In this document: piece by piece, positions 10,433 through 22,435 of the stretch
Layout of the letters: each line of letters begins with the position of its first letter
Position numbering within the stretch: position 1 is the first letter of the stretch
Assembly (NCBI RefSeq): GCF_000400465.1
Contig: NW_008806285.1
Span: forward strand, 210,001-242,000
Reading direction: 5' to 3'
Source of the DNA: Wallemia ichthyophaga EXF-994
Lineage: Eukaryota; Fungi; Basidiomycota
DNA: 32,000 nucleotides
Notes under the pieces: model-generated
Told to the model about the DNA's origin: nothing
The model's input: the letters and a program-made list of their open reading frames with translations, nothing else
Databases searched by the model: none
Program-made: the position numbers and the translations under genes

Positions 10433-12317
10433 TTAAAAACTCATATCAAGCAGCCCTTGAAAAAGTTAGGGTCAGATGTCAACTATAAGGGTTAGTCTAG
10501 TGGTCGGCTTGGCAAAATGAGAAAACATGCCTCTTTCTGCAAAGCTCTAAATATTACAGTGATAATGACTATTGCGACTACCTTGGGTTAGCTAGCTAGT
10601 TAATTTTTTAATTTTTCTGGATTTTAATAGACGTAGGGCTCTTGCCGCCAAAGCGGTCAATAATTCTTCTTAATGAATTGAGCTCTAAGTAGCAATTCTA
10701 CTTGCTTCTACAGCTACCTATAGCGAGTATATATCTTGTTTTCCTATTTATCCTATCGTCATCCTGCTAATCGCAATGAGGAAGCTTTTCAGGGAGAAAA
10801 GATGAAGTTATTGTGGGGCTCGAACGCAGTGAAACTGTTATGAGATATTAATAAATGTGATTTTGTTATGATTGCAAAACTTTTTTACGCACTTGTTAAA
10901 CTCTGATGAAACTTACTCCCTTCTGCCGGCATCAACTCAGTGGTTATCATACACCAGCGACGTTCTGGGAATTGATCAGTCAATGTGATCCTTGCAAATA
11001 AACTTGAAAGACATACAATCATGGCTCTTTTCTATAGTTTGGCACCACTACCACTTTACGATCATGAACAAGCATCAGCCAAGCCAAAGCGCTTAGCTTA
11101 GGAAACATTATATACTAGATAAGGTTAGCCGGAAGCAGTACGCATAGTGATTAGTATAGATACATATTCCCTTAACATATCCTAGTGTTCGAATTATGGC
11201 ATCATGATTAGTAGATTCAGCGGGAGGTGAAATTTCCATCCTAAATATCGCAAAATGACTCCTGAATTTTATGAAGTCTTGTTTCAATTGCTCTTCATTC
11301 AATAATTTTATTTGCCCCTAATCGCACCCTATTACGATGGGCAGTGCGAGGTCGACGACATCTAGAATACGACCCCCATCCTTTTCTAGAATGAAGAGAA
11401 GATAGCATTGAAGCAAGCTTAGACCCCGCAAGACAAGTAAGAAGTTTAATAAGCTGCGAGGAAGAGGAGAAGAAAGCAAAGCATGTACCTCGTTCATGCA
11501 CGCGGTGATTTCCCTTAGTCCTGTCAGCCGGTGAAACACCTGGCCAGTTTCGCTTGAGATCCTCGAGCACTGGCGCAAGACCACCCCATCTTGGGAAGTG
11601 TACCTCCGCCAGATATGCCAAATGCCTCAACCGTGGGCGTGCAAGGTCCTTCATTCTTGAGGTAGACCCTCACTTAGGCTCGATTAGTTCCGTCATTTAC
11701 GAACAATAATTTAGTCACTTTTCTTTCCATCAGCCTTCAGCCTTTCGAAATTTTTCCACAAAGTGTATATCTGTATTGTTTATCATTCTTTTCTCAGCCG
11801 TTGTTCCTAACAAAAGTATTTCGTTTTCTCTATGAATATTACTCGGTTAGAATTCTTTACAACCTTCTTCCATTATGTTGGTTTAGACTGCTGGGTTGTG
11901 GAATGAATGGTTTGTTCAACGAGCGAACAATCAAATAGAAAGAAGTGTAATCAGCGAAGACCAATAATATGTAAATTTTATATTTATTCTGAACAAAGGC
12001 GTGATCAGAATAAATATGAATAGTCATGGATTTCATTCGGCGGTTTAAATCCTAGAAGAGCGATATTAAGGACGTATGGTAGGTGATGTGGCTAGAGTTA
12101 GCGTGTCAAGAATCTAACAGCAAGTTAAATGTCTTTCACCGTGCTTTAAAAGCGTTAATGCGTCTAATGATATATTTTTAACTCTTGCCCATGTTTTGTG
12201 TAACATACAATTCATCAACTATAGATAAATCACTGTCAAGATATATTCGAGCCTCAATAATTTGCTGAGTTTGCTAATCAATTTTTTTACGCATCCATTC
12301 TGATTGTAATTTTGGAC
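10433..12317 (-). repeat. Right arm of the 1,885-bp inverted repeat
   Basis: Reverse complement of 6318-8202. The match ends abruptly after ...TTTTGGAC at 12317 and at 10433 on the inner side. Confidence 0.98.
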
Positions 12318-12506
12318 TGAGCGGAGGCAAATACTAACACAAAGGATAGCCGAATAACCCGATGAGAATGACAACATACTACAGTGCACTTCAAATTCTA
12401 ATTCATAGTAGCCATTTAATTCTTTTCGTGTGAATTTAAAAATAATGGATTGCACGCAATTCTATATGAAATGTACAATGAATCTCGCGGAATGGGTATT
12501 TAATAA

Positions 12507-14946
12507 TTAGTTGTTGTAGTTTAGGCTTGCGGAACTTAGCCTACGCAAAGATGTTCTGGTTGAATTGTTAAATTGATCTTGTTCTTTAGTATGGTCATAA
12601 GACGGAATATTTGCATTTGCAAATTCATATGTAGTTGTAGCAGCGCTTGGACTTGACGTATTAGCAAATGGTGTAATGGTCCCGCTAGTATTTGACATAG
12701 AGCCCCGCTTATATGACATCTTCTTTGAGGGAGTGATACCAAAGCGAGATTTTACACTACAGATTGAAGGTGATCGTGAGACTGAGGGATCACTAGACGA
12801 TTCGGTTTTAGGCAAATCACTGTTAATTAGAGAGTTTCTTTGCGAATTTGAAGACTTATTATCAATCAAATCATTTTCTTCGAGTTGTGTTGAATGAGAA
12901 TAGAGGGACATTCTTTCAGTATTGCTTGCAATTGTTTGAGACTCGTGTGACTGATTCAACTTGGCTTGTTCATGACATAGCTGTGTCGATTTAAAGTGAT
13001 CTTTCAAATCATTCCAAGGTAAGTTATTTTCTTTGAGAACAGTTTCAGTATTCTTATTATAAAGTGATTTTGATTGAGAATCGACAGCATTTAGTCTATT
13101 CTTCAAAGTCATAAAGGCTGATGACTGAGGTAATATCATCAAAAGACCATATAAGCACTTGAAAAGGAATGGATTTTGATCTGGTTCAAGTAATTGTAGT
13201 CTTAAACCAATGAAAACTGGGGATTCAATTAATTGAACAAGTTTGTCAACTTGAACGAGTAAATCGACATTGACGTGTAAATCCGAAATGATGTATAATA
13301 ATTCACTGGCGTGTTGATAGTTCTGAGAGAGCAAACATAGAGTAAAAACTGAGATTGGATTATGTGACCAAGACTTGTAAATTTTGCAAAATAATGATTT
13401 ATCTTGATCAGTTTCGATGTTTTTCAAAGATTTACGTAAGTCTGATAGTTCGGGTGCAGTAATCAAAACAATAGTTAGCTTTTGTATCAAGAAACTAACA
13501 AAATCGAAATCATCTTCAGATTGAATAATATCGGCCAAGGCTTGATAGATCTTAGAAGAGCCCAAACTTAAAGATAGTTGGCGAATAATCAAAGAACCGC
13601 GAAGATCTAAAAATCCACGGTCTGTAGAGAATAATTGAATCAAATTTTTCATGAACGCTATAAAGTAACTGAAATCAGAAACTTTGGAAATTTGAGCTAA
13701 AAGACGAAGGTTCCTTTTAATGACGTGCTCTGACGGATCGGAAAGAGTTTTGAGTAAAGCAGGAAAGGTGGCATCATCCAAACTGAAGATCTAGAAGACA
13801 GATTATTATAAAAGGCCAAAGGAAGAAGATACTAACCTCTTGGGGAGATATAGACTGTAACATCAACATCCAATCTAAAGCAGCAACTCTGGTTTGAACG
13901 TTATCATTCAACAGTTGCAAAGTTAGATTTGATAAAGTTAGCTGATAATCAAAGTTTTCAATAGAATGTAATGAACCTTTAATGATATTGAATAATTTGG
14001 AATTCAACTGATCAACTAAATGCTGGGTGTGAGGATTGTGATGAGAAAGGTATGGTAAGATTGTTGGAATCAATCTGGGAGTAAGAGGAATTAGAAGAGA
14101 AGGAGCAGAATCGAACAAAGAAGATAACCAATGAATTGCAGAGAATTGAATGACTTCATCTTGAGAGTTTAAATGATTAAACAGAGTTTCAGCGAGTTCA
14201 AAGTAATTGGGTTGAGATTGATTTGATTGAATATTAGATAAAAAGTTATTTAATAACGATTGAGTGGCCGATCTAACGTCAGGACTCGAATCAGACAGAT
14301 AACGCAATAAAGCGTCAAGAATCTTGGGTAGATGGGATATCAAATCGTTGCTGTTGATAGAATCGAATAAGGAAATCCAAGAAAGTAAAAACATTCTGGT
14401 GAAAGGAGAAACGACGTAAATTCTTTTCGATAGTAGTTGAATAAAGTGATTCAAATTGAATTGAGAATAAGACTCGGTGACTATGTCTTTTATTAGTCTA
14501 TCTAATAACTCACTACCATTCTTGACAGAGAGTTCAGAATCGGAGGAGAGTTTATTAAGACAATCGAATATTTGATCAAAGTGAGGCAAAAGATTAGATC
14601 TGGAAACTTTTGCGATGTTGTACATGGATTCGCAAGTGAAGTATCTAATTCTAGGATCAATATCGTTGAAGCAGGAGAGTATAGGTTTAATAATGATGTC
14701 TAGATAATGAATTAGTTGATCATCTAAAGCAACAGCGGCAGCTGCTAAACCAATTAAGCCACCATTCTTGATATTTGAATGATTCTCTTTATTAAATGAG
14801 GAAGCTAGCTGATCAATAATTAGTTTTATTTTATTTGTTTCATTCTTAAATAAAAATTCTTTCAACTGCTTTTCCAATTCCAACGCAGCAGATTTCCTCC
14901 TTTCATACTTTTGGTCATATAAGCTTCTTGATAAGTGATGGTCCAT
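12507..14946 (-). CDS. VAC14: Vac14, scaffold of the Fab1/PIKfyve complex; one intron at ~13794-13840
   Basis: MDHHLSRSLYDQKYERRKSAALELEK, KNGGLIGLAAAAVAL, RIRYFTCESMYNIAKV, SVKNGSELLDRLIKDIV, DDATFPALLKTLSD, RGSLIIRQL, SWSHNPISVFTLCLLSQNY and QVDKLVQLIESPVF all match Vac14 blocks. Confidence 0.96.
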
Positions 14947-15416
14947 TTCAAACAAGTCAATAAATCTTATAGACCGAATAACTATGTGAGCGATTTTGGA
15001 TGGATGAAGTATGAGTTTATAATTGTAATAGGAAGTTTCAGATGGATTACGTAGAGCAAGATTACCTTTCTTAACGAGGAATTTGGTAACGGCGTTCACA
15101 ATATTGTCGTTTACAGGGGGAGTGTATTATTATTCAATAGCGGCAGTTAAACAAGATGATTTTAGTGTGAGTATGGAGTTGTTAGAGGGTGTAGATAGTG
15201 GTACTGATGCTTTCAAAGGACGTTAAACCATTGATGATTAATAATCATGATTCGAATAAGAATACATCGATAGATGATAGCAACAGGAATAACAATAGTA
15301 ATGTCAATCAAGATATCGGTATCCTCAATAGAATACTAGGATACAACGGCTATAAAACATCAAGCAGTTTATTAGTAACTGATGCACCAAATTTAAATAA
15401 TTTAGGTAAAATGTAA
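14938..15416 (+). CDS. COA3: Cytochrome c oxidase assembly factor 3 (Coa3/Cox25), 3 exons, 126 aa; only exon 3 appears in the ORF track
   Basis: Exons 14938-14985, 15032-15166 and 15219-15416 with GTGAGC..TAG and GTGAGT..AAG introns give MVHFKQVNKSYRPNNY-EVSDGLRRARLPFLTRNLVTAFTILSFTGGVYYYSIAAVKQDDFS-DVKPL...LLVTDAPNLNNLGKM. The RAR.PF...N..T and YYYSI.AVKQD.F patterns plus one TM helix match fungal Coa3 as I recall the family. Confidence 0.85.
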
Positions 15417-15452
15417 AATTATCCATGAATACAAGCTCATATCAATTCAACG

Positions 15453-16358
15453 ATGAACCAAAACGATTTTAGACAGTTAATCAGTCAGAGTAATCAGTCT
15501 AAAAAGCATGAAAATCTGAAAAATCTAAACAAGAATGATAAAAAGAGATTGTCCAATCTATCCACCTTATCTAATGATATTCAACTACTCGCTCAATCAA
15601 AAGGCTTAAATTTAGATGAAATCAATAAACAAAAGCTCAATAAATCTAAAGAAGTTGATGAGCATGTTCAATCAGAATTAGACTCCGTGATCAGTAACAT
15701 AAAACCTCCTACTAATCAACAACATCATTCAAATAAAAGATCTCGTAATGACATACTAGCCGAATTAAAGCGATCTAAACTTGATCATCAGTTTGATGAT
15801 TCTGCTTCAACCCAACATACCTATAAGCCTCCTTCTCCCGATGCCTTGAACTCTGATGATGACATTTTCAACGATACCAACGATAAGTATCAGCCACCCA
15901 TTTTATCTGATAGCGATAGCAATAGTGATAGCGGTAGCCATAACAATATCGATACTACTTCGAAAGACATTCAATCACCATTTTCACAACCGCAATCACC
16001 ACAAATCTCACAATCACCTCTACGGAAAAACTCCCTCTCCCCCTCTCCATCCCCTGAACTAGACATCTCTGGTAGATTAGTCGGCTTAACTTCAACTGCA
16101 CTACCCAACGTCGCCCAACGCATTCAATCTGATAAAGACGCTGAAATAGCTGATCAACGTAAACAACGTAAACAAATTTGGCTAGCTAAGCAAGGCATCA
16201 AGAAGGACACTGGTGACAACCCTGAACCTCCACCCCAAAAGACTCAAACTGACTCTCAAAAGTTAAATTCAGACTATCAAAGGTATGTTATAGTCTTGAC
16301 ATTCAATCAATTAATAAGGTTACATTCACAGAATCAACGCTTATATACAAAAAAATAA
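15453..16358 (+). CDS. RED-like (IK/Smu2-related) nuclear protein, divergent and short; probable intron near the 3' end
   Basis: Starts MNQNDFRQLI (RED-like N-terminal F-R-x-L-L type motif), has an acidic SDDDIF segment and a C-terminal QKLNSDYQR motif. Otherwise low-complexity; the family call is from memory of motifs. Confidence 0.45.
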   Translation: MNQNDFRQLISQSNQSKKHENLKNLNKNDKKRLSNLSTLSNDIQLLAQSKGLNLDEINKQKLNKSKEVDEHVQSELDSVISNIKPPTNQQHHSNKRSRNDILAELKRSKLDHQFDDSASTQHTYKPPSPDALNSDDDIFNDTNDKYQPPILSDSDSNSDSGSHNNIDTTSKDIQSPFSQPQSPQISQSPLRKNSLSPSPSPELDISGRLVGLTSTALPNVAQRIQSDKDAEIADQRKQRKQIWLAKQGIKKDTGDNPEPPPQKTQTDSQKLNSDYQRYVIVLTFNQLIRLHSQNQRLYTKK

Positions 16359-16408
16359 AAAATAAATAAACCCTACTATACAATCCTTTCCTTCATCTAC
16401 CAGTATCT

Positions 16409-19367
16409 TTACGCATTTGACATTTCGACTGGTACTGTTTCATAACCATTCTTTTGTAACTTTAATGGTCTAGTTGTAATCAGATCCCATATCTTATTTA
16501 AACGACCTGTAAAATCATTCTTCATCTTGTTTGTGATCCTCTCTCCTTCTTCGAATCTTGGCTTCCTCCACAGCTTCAACGTTAGGCTGTTTACGACAAC
16601 TGAAACTGACGAACACGCCATCGCCAACCCTGCCATCATCGGATGTAAATGAATATTCCAAGGCAAGAACATTCCCATAGCTAATGGTATAAAAATTGTG
16701 TTATACCCACAAGCCCACAAGAAGTTCATCTTTATCTTCTTCATTATCGCTTTTGATAACTTGATTGAGTTATAAACATCCTTGATTTCTCCTTGCCTCA
16801 TCAATACTATATCTGCTGCTTCAATTGCAATAGATGATCCAGAAGCCAAAGCTATTCCCACGGATGCTGCAGCAAGTGCAGGTGAATCATTTATTCCATC
16901 TCCCACCTGTACCTATATTAGTTTTTTTAAACAGTAAAATTTCAACTGACCATTGCTACACCTCCATCATTATCATCAATCATTGTAATCACCCTTTCTC
17001 GCTTTCCTTTCGGACTAACACCTGCAAATACTCTATTTTTTGCTATAAAAGCTTTTTCTGCTATTGACAAAGCGGTGTTCATTTGATCACCAGTCATCAG
17101 GTAGCTTTCGATTGAGATATTCGATAACGACCTAATTGTTTCTCTAACATTTGACTTAATTTCATCGCCAAGTGCGATTACCACTATTGGTTCTGATTGA
17201 ATAGTCACATATACTATTGTAAAGCCTTTTTCTGAATTTATATTCCTAAACTGTTCCAGGTCCTTTGGCTCTTTTATTCCTTTATGCAGTATTGTTTGAT
17301 TACCAATTTCGACTTGCAAATCAATTGAAGACTTATCGGATAATAACAAGGATACTTCTGATTCAACACCTTTACCTGTATGTGATAACCAGCTCTTGAT
17401 TGAATAGACATCGTCATTATTATTATCAACGATAACTTTATTGTTGAAATGATTCATAATTGCTTGACCCAGTGGGTGCTCACTCTTTGATTCCACAATC
17501 GATATAATCTTCATCACTTGCTCTTTTTTGAAACCTAATGAATGATAACCACCTCTGAATGCATCATCATTCCATGCAACAGAAGTAACGTTAATGTTCC
17601 CTTCAGTTATTGTACCAGTCTTATCCCAAACTATTCTTCTAATTTTGCTGGCTTGCTCTAATGCTTGACCACCTTTTATCAAAATTCCATTCTGAGCACC
17701 AACACCTGTACCAACCATTACAGCAGTTGGTGTTGATAATCCTAAAGCGCATGGACATGCGACAACAATAACTGAAATGCAAAGTTTCAAACAAACTGCA
17801 AATCTACTAACACCAATTTGATTGAATATGTGAGGTAAAGAGGATTTTGGTATAATCAAATAAGAAAGTATCATCCAGACCGAGAATGTTAATAATCCAA
17901 GTAAAATAACCGTTGGCACAAAGTAGCCAGCAATTCTATCGGCAAATGCTTGAATAGGGGCTTTAGAAGTTTGAGCATCTTCAACCAACTTTACTATTTG
18001 CGATAATGCCGTATCTGTACCTGATCTTGTAACACAAACATCAATAGATCCATTTATGTTCATTGTACCACCGGTAACAACATCCCCTTTTGATTTGGGT
18101 ACCGGTATGGGTTCACCTGTAATCATACTTTCATCAATTAATGAAGTACCTTTACAAACACAACCGTCTGCAGGTAATCTCTCTCCAGGTACCAACTTAA
18201 CTATGTCACCCTTTTGTAACAATTCCGTTGGTATCTTTTTTTCGTCGAAATGTACTTGATCTTGGTTTGATTCATCATAATTTGTGTAAATAACAGCTGA
18301 ACTTGGAGCCAATTGTAATAAATCTGATAAAGCTGTACTAGTTTTACCCTTTGCTAGATTCTCCAAGTATCTACCAAGCGTGACAAACGTAATCAACATT
18401 GTTGATGTATCAAAAAACGTTTGAGGTATTACGCTATCACTAGACCAAGTGAAAACGCTTGATACCATAACACCTGCACTATAAACAAAAGCAGCTGTTG
18501 TACCAAAAACAACTAAAACGTCCATTGTGGCTGATTTGTGAAGTAAACTTTTATAAGCCGGCTTATAGAAGAGTTTACCGATTCCAAATTGAACTGGAAT
18601 TGTTAAGACTAGACAGATAAGATCACCAATTGTCAATCCACGCCATAAGTTGAAGATAACAAAAGGTTTAACTGAAGGTATCATTGGTAAAAGCATTCCA
18701 ATTAGGAAGACGGGTATAGCGAATGTGGAGGAATACTTCAGAGCGTCTTTCCATTGATTAACTTCCTTGATTCTAGATAAGGATTTTAATTGACTATCAT
18801 TCCTGTCATCACGGATCATTGAATCGAAACCCGCATCCTGGATGGCTTCAACGATATCTCTAACGCCAATTTGATCAGCATTATAATGAACTCTAGCGAA
18901 TTCCATTGGTAATGAAATATCTGACGAGATAACGCCATCTAAATTTGATAAAGCTGATTGTATTGATGAAGTGCACGAAGAGCACGTCATGCCATAAATG
19001 GAGATATCAATAACGGACTTTGAGTTTAAATTAGTCAAAGCTGTTGCTTCAAATCCCATTTCTCCTATTTCCTTTTATAATTTTGTCAAATTGTCTATAA
19101 ATAGGTATTACAACTCACGTTAGCGAGCTTTTCAGGATCCCAGTAATCTTTGATATAATTTATAGTTGCCTTTTCTGATAACAGCGCGACTTGAATGGAT
19201 TCAACCCCTTGTAATTTCCCTATATAACTCTCGATACTCTGTAACGTAAGGAAGTCAGCGTAAAGAGAAACAATGAATAATATTAGATGACAAACCTGTA
19301 CACAAGAGCTACATGTCATGCCTTCTACTTTAAGCGTGCAATTCTCGATTGCTGTACTTTCCATCAT
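16409..19367 (-). CDS. CCC2: Copper-transporting P1B-type ATPase with two N-terminal HMA domains, several introns
   Basis: GMTCSSC twice, TGE (ITGEP), CPC (VACPCALG), DKTGT, SEHPL, TGD, GDGINDSP, YN..IP and MACSSVSVV motifs. Confidence 0.96.
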
Positions 19368-19442
19368 GAAAGTTGCGTTGTACGTCCAAAGCTATTAATC
19401 AAATGCGATAAAATCCGTGATACAAATAAAATAAATTATCAA

Positions 19443-20519
19443 TTACTCTAATTCCTTCATAGACCTTGTAGCAGTACCGCGCTTTAATGGTTTCAATTGA
19501 TCATCAGAGCGCTTCCAACCAATGACATTTATAATCTGGAATGTGGCGGGTATAGTTCCATCTTGGTTGCCATGTAATGATTTGTAGATCTCTGAAGCTG
19601 CTATTAGAGTATCCCTTGAAATATGCGTTCTTCTTCCATTTATTGCGTTTGATTCACCCATGAACTTGAGATCCTCCATCAATTCGAACATTGAAGGATA
19701 ATTAATGATGAGATCATCAATATCAATAGTCAGTAATGTAAATCCAGCTCTGTTCATTAAATTGCCGACATCTGTCGTATCTGTCATTGGTGAAACATGA
19801 GGACCGAAGCCACCCCAGCGTTCTTGTTCAGCTAGTTGTAATGAAGTGCGTAATTCAAATAACGTATCACCACCAAATAAGCATCCCAAGAAAGGGCTAT
19901 CTGGTTTTAATGCGCGATTAAATTGAATCAAAGCACCAGGTAAATCGTTAACCCAGTGTAAACCCAAAGATGAAACGATAATATCAGTTGAATTGGGATT
20001 GAATATGTTATCAAATGAAGGGTTCTCTTCATCAATTTGAATCCTATTTGGTATCTCTAATCACGATTAGCTGAATATCAGCCATTTATGAAATTCAAGC
20101 TTACTAGCAAAGTATACATCGCTATCTTGATCTCTTAAAACAGCTTTAACTGTTCAAATTGTGAGAATAACTCAATGAATTAAAAGTAACTAACCTGACG
20201 AATCAGCGATGTTTATATCATCAGCCAATTCCTCTTCATCTAAAACTCTTGCAGCCTGATTGGATCCACTGCCAATACAAATAGCTTTAGTGTATCTCCT
20301 CTTTATATCAAGAAGCCTGTCCCTAAAGCTCTCTCCAACCTCATTCTTTATATAATCTACTGTCCTTGAATCTTGTAGGTTACTGGCTGCTACTTCCTTT
20401 TGCCACGTCTTTGTACTTCTATCAAAGACATTAAAAACTGAAGGCGTAGGCTTTTGAATTGAATTTAAATTTGAATGAGTTGCAAATCCTCTGAGATTCT
20501 TTATATTTCTCAATATCAT
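19443..20519 (-). CDS. NDUFAF5: Mitochondrial SAM-dependent methyltransferase-fold arginine hydroxylase NDUFAF5 (complex I assembly)
   Basis: VFDRSTKTWQKE, DYIKNEVG..DRLLDIKR, LHWVNDLPG, GGDTLFELRTSLQLAEQERWGG..PHVSPM, YPSMFELMEDLKFMGESNA and IPATFQII..IGWK. Likely ATG at 20519 giving a mitochondrial presequence-like N-terminus. Confidence 0.92.
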
Positions 20520-20609
20520 GATAAATGCACTGGTTAAAGAGGTGAAATGTAAATTTATTTTCAAAATTCAACAATATACGGATATCATTGGATATCATAA
20601 CGCTGTAAT

Positions 20610-22099
20610 TTAATATTCTCCCTCTTCCTCAACTCCGTCTGCAGAATCAACTCCAACTTCTTCGTAATCCTTCTCAAGTGCTGCAAGATCTTCTCTAGCC
20701 TCTGAGAATTCACCCTCTTCCATACCCTCTCCAACGTACCAGTGAACAAAGGCGCGCTTTGAGTAAAGTAAGTCAAATTTGTGATCAAGACGTGCCCATG
20801 CGTTTGCGATTGCTGTGGTGTTTGAAAGCATACATAATGATCTTGATACCTTGGCGAGATCACCACCTGGAACCAAAGCTGGTGCTTCATTACAGATACC
20901 AAGCTTGAATCCAGTTGGACACCAATCAACGAATTGGATGGTACGCTTCGTCTTGATTGTTGCAACTGATGCATTAGCATCCTTTGGTACAACATCACCT
21001 CTGTAAAGCAAGCAACATGCCATATATTTACCTTGACGTGGATCACACTTAACCATTTGGTTGCCTGGGTCAAAGCAAGAGAATGTCATCTCTGAAACCG
21101 AGTTTTGCTCATGTGTTGCTTTCTCTGCTGATATTATTGGTGCGTAAGATGCCAATGGGAAGTGAATACGTGGGAATGGTACCAAATTCGTTTGGAATTC
21201 GTTAAGGTCAACGTTAAGTGATCCATCGAATCGAAGTGATGCAGTAACTGATGAAACAACTTGAGCAATAAGTCTGTTCAAATTGGTGTAAGATGGGCTT
21301 TGAATACCAAGTCTGTTACGGCAAATATCGTAGATAGCCTCGTTGTCAACCATGAAAGAACAATCAGAGTGCTCAAGTGTAGTGTGCGTAGTGAGAACAC
21401 TGTTGTATGGTTCAACAACTGATGTTGACATCTTTGGTGATGGGTAAACTGAGAATTCAAGTTTCGACTTCTTTCCGTAATCGAGTGAGAGACGCTCGAG
21501 GAGAAGTGCTCCGAAACCAGAACCGGTACCACCACCGAATGAGTGGAATACAAAGAATCCTTGAAGACCTGAACAGTTATCCGCAAGACGACGAACTCTG
21601 TCGAGTACTGAGTCTACGAGTTCTTTACCAACCGTGTAGTGACCACGAGCGTAGTTGTTGGCTGCGTCTTCCTTACCGGTAACCAAAGTTTCTGGGTGGA
21701 AGAGTGATCTGTATGGTCCAGTTCTAACCTCGTCAACTACGTTTGGCTCAAGATCGACGTAGATGGAACGAGGAACGTGCTTGCCTGATCCCGTTTCAGA
21801 AAAGAAAGTTGAGAATCCATCATCGTTAGCTGATGGTGAATCTGGCATAAGACGACCATCTGGCTGTGAATTTTGTTATTATTGAGTTCTGTTTATGTGA
21901 AAATTTTCAGCTTACTGAGAGACCGTGCTCAACGGTGTAGAGTTCCCCTGATACGCGTTAAATTTGATTTCAATAGATTTTAATCAACCCACAGCAAGCG
22001 TTACCGATTTGTACACCTGCTTGACCGACGTGCTATTGACAGTGAGTTGACGTGGCGCAGGAAATAGTTTAGACTTACGACGGAGATAACTTCACGCAT
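20610..22099 (-). CDS. TUB1: Alpha-tubulin, three 5' introns
   Basis: Spliced N-terminus [34 protein letters not shown], the GGGTGSG signature and an acidic tail ending EGEY, stop TAA. Confidence 0.99.
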
Positions 22100-22435
22100 T
22101 CTTAATTATTTATTGAATTTATTGGTATTTAACTGAAAGGGGCCTTGACTCTCGCAAATAAGGGTGCTTTAGAGAAAAGACTTGGTCGTACGGACTCAAG
22201 TGCGTCGCGTCTATAGATACGTGATGTATAAAATTTACAAGTCAGTGGAAATCCAACTCAAATATCATTCGTAACTTTGAACAACTTTTCATTGCCCCAG
22301 TCTCACCTCTTAACTTCGTCTCAATCTCTTTTTGACTTTGGCTCCTTACTCAATTCACAACGGCATCAAGTCATTTATATCTAATTGATTGCATGCAATT
22401 TCAAGTGGTATGACATAAATATTAGTTTCAGACCG

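Noticed and set aside
11540-11660. LEILEHWRK...RQICQMP resembles the hAT dimerisation domain; IHIYSDH near 6615 resembles RNase H
   Set aside because: The spacing is off, there is no ERxFS motif, and the frames are closed by stops; too weak to call.
6318-12317. Long-TIR / foldback DNA transposon as explanation for the IR block
   Set aside because: The flanks (AAAAACT| and |TGAGCGG) show no target-site duplication and I found no transposase ORF in the core. Not fully excluded without a genome-wide copy search.
14947-15099. N-terminal extension of VAC14 suggested by the ORF track (GTG start)
   Set aside because: It is antisense to COA3 exons and intron 1, has no ATG, and Vac14 homology begins at MDHHL (14946).
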